A stretch of 64,000 nt of DNA from an uncultured bacterium (GTDB lineage Bacteria > Actinomycetota > Acidimicrobiia > Spongiisociales > UBA5794). A program made the position numbers and the translations under genes. The notes beneath the pieces are model-generated. The model searched no databases, was not told where the DNA came from, and saw only the letters and a program-made list of their open reading frames with translations. Positions 57,519-64,000 of this stretch are shown here, in pieces; position 1 is the first letter of the stretch, and each line of letters starts with the position of its first letter. Location of the stretch: positions 128,001-192,000 of the forward strand of contig CAWDDT010000013.1 in assembly GCA_963801165.1 (NCBI GenBank), written 5' to 3'.

Positions 57519-60500
57519 CTACTGCGGGGTAGGTGTCTCCTGAGGCAGGAGGTCCTGGAGAATGGAGTGGACCTGGTCAAGAGCAGCCACGACTGCTCGC
57601 CACAGTTCGTCGATGCCGTCGGCGATGCCGTCCTTGGCGGCCATCTCGACGTCGGCGGCCGCTTGCCGCGCGAACTCCGCCGTCATCTGGCCACTGGCGC
57701 CCTTGAGCCGGTGCGCGATCTTGGCAAGCGAGTCGAGGTCACGGGCGGCGACTGCCGCGTCACCATCGGCAACAAGGGCAGACACCTCGTCGAAGAAGAT
57801 GTTGATGATCTCTCCGAGAAAGGCGGGGTCGTTTCCGAACTGTGACATCAAGTCGGCTTGGTCGAATACGGGCATTTTTGCCTCCGTTTCTTGTCCATTG
57901 GTGGGTGCCACAGCAACATCATGTAGTGCCATCTGCTCGACGGCGACGAACAGCTCCTCCGGCCGGAATGGCTTTGACACGTATGCATCCATACCGCCGG
58001 CGAGACAACGGCCCTCGTCACCGGCCATGGCATGGGCGGTCAGCGCCACGATCGGGACACGACGGTCCGTCCCCTCCTCGAGCTTGCGGATCTCGGCTGT
58101 GGCACCGAACCCGTCGAGCTCGGGCATCTGGATGTCCATCAGGACGATGTCGAACTCCGAACCCAGGAAGGCGTCCACGGCCTTCCTGCCGTCCTCGACG
58201 ACGGTCACGTCGTGGCCCCTTCGCGACAGCAGCCGCACGGCGAGCTTCTGGTTGATCGGTGAATCCTCCGCGAGCAGGACCCTGAGGGTCTGTCTTCGCT
58301 CTCGCAACCAATGGCGGGTGATCATCACACCATCGTCGATACCTTCACCCGTAACGAGGTTGAGCGCATCGGCCAAACTCCCCGGCGGTAGCGGCTCGAC
58401 GAGATACGCCTTGAACCCGAGTTGCCGGTACAGGCTGGCGCTTCCGCGATTCCCAACCGCCGCCAGAACGATTGCAGGCATCTTGGTGAGCCCACTGCGA
58501 TGTAGCTCTTCCGCTGCCGCTACCGACCGACCGCTCATTGCCAGGACCACCGCGTCGAAGTGGTTCTCAGCGGTACGGGCAGCCGCGGTCTCAACGTCGG
58601 GGACGACAGTCGCCGACATCCCCCAGCGGTTGATGGTGGTTGCAATCTGCAACCCGCGTGTCTCGATGTCGGCGATAACGAGAACGTTGGCATCGCCCGA
58701 ACCGACGCGACTGGTGGGGGATATGGCATCGGCGTCGATGTACTCGAGCAGTAGCTCGAACGAGAACGTGCTGCCCTCGCCGACCACGCTAGATGCGGTC
58801 AACCGACCGCCCATCATCTCGACCAGCTCGGAGGTGATGGCCAGCCCGAGCCCGGTACCACCGTATTTCCGCGAAGTACTCGAATCGGCCTGCGAGAACG
58901 CATCGAAAATCGCTTCGAGCCTGTCTTCGGGTACTCCGATCCCGGTGTCCTGGACCTCGAATCGCACCTGGTAGTGCATGGGGTCCATCTCGCAGGCGGA
59001 TACCCGCACCGTCACCCCACCCACATGGGTGAACTTGACCGCATTCCCGAGGAGGTTGAAGAGGATCTGGCGGAGCCGCCCGGGGTCGCCGACGAAGCCG
59101 TGCGGTAGATCCGGGTCGATGTCGGCGACGAGGCTAATCCCTTGTTCCCTGGCCCGGACCGACATCGTGCCGACGGTATCGGCGACCGTGTCGCGCAGGC
59201 TGAAGGGGATCGCCTCGAGAGACAACCGCCCCGACTCGATCTTGGCCAGGTCGAGGATGTCGTTGATCAGATCCAGCAGTGAGTTTGACGCCTGGGCCAC
59301 CGTGGTCAGGTAGTCGCGCTGCTCGACTGTCAGCTCGGTCAGCAATGCCAGGTCGGTCATGCCGAGGATGGCGTTCATCGGCGTGCGGATCTCGTGGCTC
59401 ATGTTGGCGAGGAACTGCGACTTGGCGACGTTTGCGACCTCGGCCGCCTCCATGGCCGTCCTTAGCTCCTCCGCGGCTTGCTGGCGTTCGGTCACATCTC
59501 GCGACGTCACCTGGTATTCGAGCGGTGCACCGGTGGTGGCATCACGAACCAGACGGGCAGTCCCTTCGAGCCAAACGTAGTGGCCGTCGGCGTGGAGGAG
59601 ACGGTAGGTCGCTTGTGACGGCGTGTCGCCCGTTGGCATCACAAACCGGCGGTACGCCACGAGATCCTCCGAGTGGACGAGCTCGGTCGTGTCCATCTCG
59701 GCAAACTCGTCGGGGTCGTAGCCCAGCACTGTTCGTACTGCGGGCGACACGTAGGTGGTCCGACCGTACGAGCCACGTCTGGAAATGATGTCTGTTGAGT
59801 TCTCCGCAAGGAGACGGAATCGCTCTTCACTCGACCGCAGCGCATCCTCAGCCGCCCGCCGCTCGTCGATGGGACGGGCGGCAATGACGAAGACGTTTAT
59901 ATGGGGATCGTTGAGCCGGTTCGTCCCCACAGACTCAAAGTAGTGCCAGTCGCCGTTCTTGTGTCGAATCCGGTGCTGGACCGGCTTGGTCGAGGCGCCT
60001 GGTGGCGTCTCGGCGGCGGTCGTGAAGATGAGATCCACGTCTTCGGGGTGCAGCAACTCGACGATATCTCGGCCCAGGATCTCGTCAATGGTCCACCCAA
60101 GCGAGCGTTCCATCGATGGGCTGGCAAAACGCAGAATTCCTTTGCTGTCGAGCGTGATGATGAAATCGGAGGTGGCATCGAGGATCACCTGTAGGCGGGT
60201 ACGGCTCCGCTCCAGCGCCCTCTCCAATTGGGTCCGGTCGGTCACGTCTGTGGCGACGCCAACGACGTGCTCCACCAGACCATCGGCATCCCTGATCGGA
60301 CTGAGGGCCATTTGCCACAGCCGACCGAACGCGGCGATCACCCCGGTTGGCCGTAGCCCGGTGACCGCGTCGGCGTACATTCGTTTCCACTCGGGGATGG
60401 CCGCAAGGTCCTGCACCTGCATTCCCGTCAGACCACGCCCATCGAGCCCGAAAGCGGTTAGATCGCGGCCCGCCGAGAAATCGAATTGACCCGACCGGTC

Positions 60501-61055
60501 GATTGAGAAGAGCACCATCGGTGCCTCGGCAATGACATCGTCGACCGCCACGCCGGCGAGACTGGAGCGTCCGGGCTCGGGGGAGGATTGCTCGGGGGCT
60601 ATCAGCCGGGCGCAAACCTCAAAGAGGGGACGCAGAGTCTCGAGGACGCCCGCCTCCACCCCTTCGAGGACCACGACACCGAGAACCTCACCGCGACGTA
60701 CGAGCGGCACGCAGACGACATCGTCCCGCGCCTCGTCCACGACAGGCGCGCCTGCTTCAACAGCGGCCACCACCAGATCCGACTCCCCGGTATCCCACGG
60801 CATAGCCACTGCCGCGTGCGGCTGCATCGCAACCCCGTCCGCGGAGCGAGCAACAATCACCCCGACGTAGCCACCGCGGGCACCGGTGATCTCGAGCAGC
60901 GAGGCGAGGATGCCGGTGGCAACATGCTGGGGAACGGCACCGTCGAGCGCCGCCGCCTGTGCTCGCGCCACCGCTTCGGCGACCGCGAGCATTCGTTGCA
61001 GCGCAGCGGTGGGCGCGTCGAGCGCCCCGCCGGAGATCAGTTCGGGAACCGCCAT
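57519..61055 (-). CDS. Hybrid sensor histidine kinase (GAF-like, 3x PAS, HisKA, HATPase, 2x REC, Hpt)
   Basis: Start at MAVPELIS; FLANMSHEIRTPMN, NLLGNAVKFT, DTGIG, GGTGLGL, LMDIQMPELDG, AHRLKG. Confidence 0.93.
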   Translation of the reverse strand: MAVPELISGGALDAPTAALQRMLAVAEAVARAQAAALDGAVPQHVATGILASLLEITGARGGYVGVIVARSADGVAMQPHAAVAMPWDTGESDLVVAAVEAGAPVVDEARDDVVCVPLVRRGEVLGVVVLEGVEAGVLETLRPLFEVCARLIAPEQSSPEPGRSSLAGVAVDDVIAEAPMVLFSIDRSGQFDFSAGRDLTAFGLDGRGLTGMQVQDLAAIPEWKRMYADAVTGLRPTGVIAAFGRLWQMALSPIRDADGLVEHVVGVATDVTDRTQLERALERSRTRLQVILDATSDFIITLDSKGILRFASPSMERSLGWTIDEILGRDIVELLHPEDVDLIFTTAAETPPGASTKPVQHRIRHKNGDWHYFESVGTNRLNDPHINVFVIAARPIDERRAAEDALRSSEERFRLLAENSTDIISRRGSYGRTTYVSPAVRTVLGYDPDEFAEMDTTELVHSEDLVAYRRFVMPTGDTPSQATYRLLHADGHYVWLEGTARLVRDATTGAPLEYQVTSRDVTERQQAAEELRTAMEAAEVANVAKSQFLANMSHEIRTPMNAILGMTDLALLTELTVEQRDYLTTVAQASNSLLDLINDILDLAKIESGRLSLEAIPFSLRDTVADTVGTMSVRAREQGISLVADIDPDLPHGFVGDPGRLRQILFNLLGNAVKFTHVGGVTVRVSACEMDPMHYQVRFEVQDTGIGVPEDRLEAIFDAFSQADSSTSRKYGGTGLGLAITSELVEMMGGRLTASSVVGEGSTFSFELLLEYIDADAISPTSRVGSGDANVLVIADIETRGLQIATTINRWGMSATVVPDVETAAARTAENHFDAVVLAMSGRSVAAAEELHRSGLTKMPAIVLAAVGNRGSASLYRQLGFKAYLVEPLPPGSLADALNLVTGEGIDDGVMITRHWLRERRQTLRVLLAEDSPINQKLAVRLLSRRGHDVTVVEDGRKAVDAFLGSEFDIVLMDIQMPELDGFGATAEIRKLEEGTDRRVPIVALTAHAMAGDEGRCLAGGMDAYVSKPFRPEELFVAVEQMALHDVAVAPTNGQETEAKMPVFDQADLMSQFGNDPAFLGEIINIFFDEVSALVADGDAAVAARDLDSLAKIAHRLKGASGQMTAEFARQAAADVEMAAKDGIADGIDELWRAVVAALDQVHSILQDLLPQETPTPQ

Positions 61056-61247
61056 GGTTCTAGTGTCGGCAGAATCGTCCAGGGATTGAGCGCGACGCCA
61101 CCCGTCTGCTGGGTTGCATTGCCAGCGCCCTCTGGCGACTCCAGGTGCGCCGATCGGGCGATCGCTGCATCGCCGAGCCCGGCCACAGCTGCCCGTGCCA
61201 ATGCAATGGTTAGTCTGACGGGACCCGGTGCGAGGTGAGGAGACAAC

Positions 61248-62894
61248 TTGCAGCTGATCGAATGTGTCCCCAACTTCTCGGAAGGCCGCGACCGCTCCGT
61301 AATCGATCGCATCACCGCCGAGATCATTCGGGTTCCCGGTGCGATACTTCTCGACGTCGACCCCGGCGCCGACACCAACCGGACCGTCGTCACCTTCGTA
61401 GGTGACCGGGATGCCGTCGCCGAAGCCGCCTTCCGCTCCATAGTCCGGGCCGCCGAGCTCATCGACATGCGCCACCACCATGGCGCCCACCCCCGGATGG
61501 GAGCAACCGACGTCTGCCCATTCGTCCCCGTCTCCGGGGTGACCATGGACGAATGCATCGCCCTGGCGCGCGAGGTCGGTGCCCGGGTCGGGGAACACGG
61601 TATCCCGGTGTACCTCTACGAGCACGCCGCGTTCGAGGGGCGTCGATCGCTGGCAGATGCCAGGCGTGGTCAATATGAGGGCCTTGCGGAACGCTCCGAC
61701 AGCCCCGACTACGGGCCGGCTCACAACGCGGGGGCCGGGGCTACCGCCATCGGCGCCCGGGAGTTCCTAATCGCTTACAACGTGAATCTGAACACAACTG
61801 ACCGCCGCATGGCCCACGAGATCGCCCAGGCGATCCGGGAGCTGGGAACACCACGTCGCGACGAGACCGGCCGGATCGTCAAGGACGCCGAGGACAACAC
61901 GGTGTTCATCCCGGGTCGTTTCCGGGAATGCAAGGCCGTGGGCTGGTACCTCGAGGAATACCGCCGGGCGCAGGTGTCGATCAACCTCACCGACTACAAC
62001 GTGACCTCGCTGCAGGATGTATTTGACGCCTGCCGGCGCGAAGCGGCTGCCAGGGGCATGCGGGTCACAGGGAGCGAACTCGTCGGCCTGGTCCCCAAGG
62101 CGGCCCTACTCGCCGCCGGCGACCACTACCTACGCATGCAGGGTCAAACGTCCGGGGTGTCGGAGAGGCGGCGTCTCGAGACGGCGGTTATCTCGCTCGG
62201 GCTGGACGAGCTCGGACCTTTCGACCTGGCGGAGAAGGTCATCGAGTACCGGGTAGAAACGCCCGCCCGCCTGGCCGCCCTGTCGGTCACCGACCTGTTG
62301 GACGAACTGTCCTCCGATTCTCCTGCACCCGGAGGGGGCAGTGTCGCCGCCCTGTGCGGAGCACTGTCGAGCTCGCTCACGGCGATGGTGGCGGCATTGA
62401 CCCACGCCAAGCGAGGATGGGAGCGCTCCCGCCAATCCATGGAACAGCTGGGTTGCGAAGCTCAGCAGCTCGATACCTGGTTCACTGCGGCCATCGATCG
62501 AGATACCGACGCCTTCAACAACATGCTTGCCGCACGACGGCTACAGAAGCAGTCTGCTGAGGAACAGGCGATCCGCCTCGAGTCGATCGCCGCCGCCAAC
62601 CTCGAGGCCGCGCTGGTCCCTCTCGAAGTCCTGGAGCATTCAGTCACGGCCCTCGAACTGTCGCTCCGGGTGGCGACCGCGGGCAATCCCAACTCCGTCT
62701 CCGACGCCGGCGTCGCCGCCATATGCGCCGAGGCGGCCGCCCGAGGCGCGTCGCTCAACGTGAGGATCAATCTCCCCGGTCTCGCCGAAGACGAACGCGA
62801 TCCCATCACCGAGCGTCACGACGCGGCGATGATGGCCGTGTCGCATCTCGCCGCGGAAGTGAGGACGACTGTCGAGGCGGCGATGGAAGGCTAA
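61248..62894 (+). CDS. ftcd: Glutamate formimidoyltransferase-cyclodeaminase
   Basis: ECVPNFSEGR, HPRMGATDVCPF, GAREFLIAYNVNL, PAPGGGSVAAL, GNPNSVSD. Confidence 0.95.
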   Translation: MQLIECVPNFSEGRDRSVIDRITAEIIRVPGAILLDVDPGADTNRTVVTFVGDRDAVAEAAFRSIVRAAELIDMRHHHGAHPRMGATDVCPFVPVSGVTMDECIALAREVGARVGEHGIPVYLYEHAAFEGRRSLADARRGQYEGLAERSDSPDYGPAHNAGAGATAIGAREFLIAYNVNLNTTDRRMAHEIAQAIRELGTPRRDETGRIVKDAEDNTVFIPGRFRECKAVGWYLEEYRRAQVSINLTDYNVTSLQDVFDACRREAAARGMRVTGSELVGLVPKAALLAAGDHYLRMQGQTSGVSERRRLETAVISLGLDELGPFDLAEKVIEYRVETPARLAALSVTDLLDELSSDSPAPGGGSVAALCGALSSSLTAMVAALTHAKRGWERSRQSMEQLGCEAQQLDTWFTAAIDRDTDAFNNMLAARRLQKQSAEEQAIRLESIAAANLEAALVPLEVLEHSVTALELSLRVATAGNPNSVSDAGVAAICAEAAARGASLNVRINLPGLAEDERDPITERHDAAMMAVSHLAAEVRTTVEAAMEG

Positions 62895-62923
62895 GCGGCA
62901 TTTGTCCCGCCATCCGCCGCGGC

Positions 62924-63322
62924 TTACTCGTGGCTGCGATCTACCGCTTCCACCGCGGCGGCGAAACCGTCCAGCTCGCTTACCGACGGCTCACCCTCCC
63001 AGACACGGACCCCGTCGAGGAGATCGTGGTACTTGGTCTTCTGGCCCTCCCTGACCACAGCGACGATCGGCGTCTCAACGGCGATGACACTCTGGTATTT
63101 CTGCAGGATGGCGCGATGCTGGGGACGCTCTAGATCGAGCTGGAACACGATCCCGTGCGCGTCGCTCACCAGCTTGCACCCATCTTTGAGGATGGGACAA
63201 AGGTGCCCCATCTCCGGGCCGTGACACACCAGAACCGGATGTCCCAGCCGTTCCAGGAAGCTCCTGTCGAACTCGCCGTCGGCGGGGGTAACGTCGAGGA
63301 TCAATCCTTCTATTTCATCCAT
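62924..63322 (-). CDS. Hypothetical protein with a CHGP..CP..GC motif
   Basis: AAGGAGG RBS before MDEIEG; VLVCHGPEMGHLCPILKDGC; receiver-like alpha/beta pattern. Confidence 0.7.
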   Translation of the reverse strand: MDEIEGLILDVTPADGEFDRSFLERLGHPVLVCHGPEMGHLCPILKDGCKLVSDAHGIVFQLDLERPQHRAILQKYQSVIAVETPIVAVVREGQKTKYHDLLDGVRVWEGEPSVSELDGFAAAVEAVDRSHE

Positions 63323-63554
63323 CGCCCACCTCCTTTGCACCAAGGTTATCCGCATTCTCCGCAACTGTGTCGGGGGCAAACGTCCCTTGCCATCACCGGG
63401 CACGCTCACGTCCGGTTGAGCTATCGGCTTCCTGTCGCCCCCTCTGCCTAACAGGACCGGCCGTAGGCAACTACGCTGCAGTTGACCAGCCGGGCGTCAT
63501 GCGGCCCACCCGGGGCCTCTGCCCGAGCCGGCGAGCCGTCACGAGGAGGTGGTC

Positions 63555-64000
63555 ATGGCGGGAATCCGCTGGGGGGTGCTCAGCACCGCCAACATTGCGA
63601 TCAGACAGGTGATCCCTGCGATCCAGACGTCAGAGCGCTGCGAGGTCGTCGCCATTGCGTCGCGCAATCTGGGCCGTGCCGAGAAGGTCGCCCAGGTCAT
63701 GAACATCGAAAGGGCCTACGGGTCATACGGGCAGCTGCTTCACGACGACGCCGTCGACGCCGTCTACATTCCCTTGCCCAACCACATGCACGCCGAATGG
63801 TCGGTCGCCGCCGCCCGCGCCGGAAAACACGTCCTCTGCGAGAAGCCGATTGCGCTCACCACCGCCGAGGCAGAGAAGATGGCCGCAGCCGCCGCCGAAA
63901 CCGGGGTGATCTTGCGCGAGGCATTCATGTATCAGTTTCACCCGACCTGGCAGCGGGCCAAAGAGCTCGTCGACGCCGGCGAGATCGGTACGGTGATGGC
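63555..64000 (+). CDS. Gfo/Idh/MocA oxidoreductase (partial)
   Basis: GAGGAGG RBS; MAGIRWGVLSTANIA...VAIASR...DAVYIPLPNHMH...GKHVLCEKP; runs off the window end. Confidence 0.92.
   Translation, partial: MAGIRWGVLSTANIAIRQVIPAIQTSERCEVVAIASRNLGRAEKVAQVMNIERAYGSYGQLLHDDAVDAVYIPLPNHMHAEWSVAAARAGKHVLCEKPIALTTAEAEKMAAAAAETGVILREAFMYQFHPTWQRAKELVDAGEIGTVM

Noticed and set aside
61056-61724. N-terminal extensions in the ORF track (kinase, folC, valS, clpP, ndk, XRE, MBL hydrolase, livM, arcA)
   Set aside because: They overlap neighbouring genes or regulatory DNA; downstream starts with an RBS, coupling or homology boundary fit better.

Overview
High-GC bacterial chromosome segment whose gene content and order point to an Actinomycetota host, probably Acidimicrobiia (inference). 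Most of it is housekeeping: rne/rng, tdk, an ECF sigma/anti-sigma pair, mreBCD-mrdA-rodA, ndk, folC, two different valS genes, tig-clpP-clpX, six tRNAs, rph-rdgB, arcA, a liv-type ABC transporter, a hybrid kinase and ftcd. The accessory part is a ~12.6 kb integrative mobilizable element (about 33900-46531) inserted in tRNA-Leu(TAG). It encodes a tyrosine integrase, an XRE regulator, an excisionase-like protein and a MobF relaxase. Its cargo is the most interesting feature. A LuxR regulator sits divergent to an operon encoding a Tat-exported OB-fold-like protein, a MauE-like protein, a MauD-like CxxC protein, a secreted peptide with 17 Cys in about 71 residues, and a MauF/DsbD-like membrane protein. 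That last gene appears to start at ATG 40039 and has an in-frame TGA (40111-40113) at the Cys position of the P-C-G motif, followed by SECIS-like hairpins, so it is a candidate selenoprotein. No MauG is present, so this looks like a mobile, possibly selenium-dependent maturation/export system for a disulfide-rich peptide rather than a methylamine dehydrogenase. All family assignments come from motif recognition only; no searches were run.
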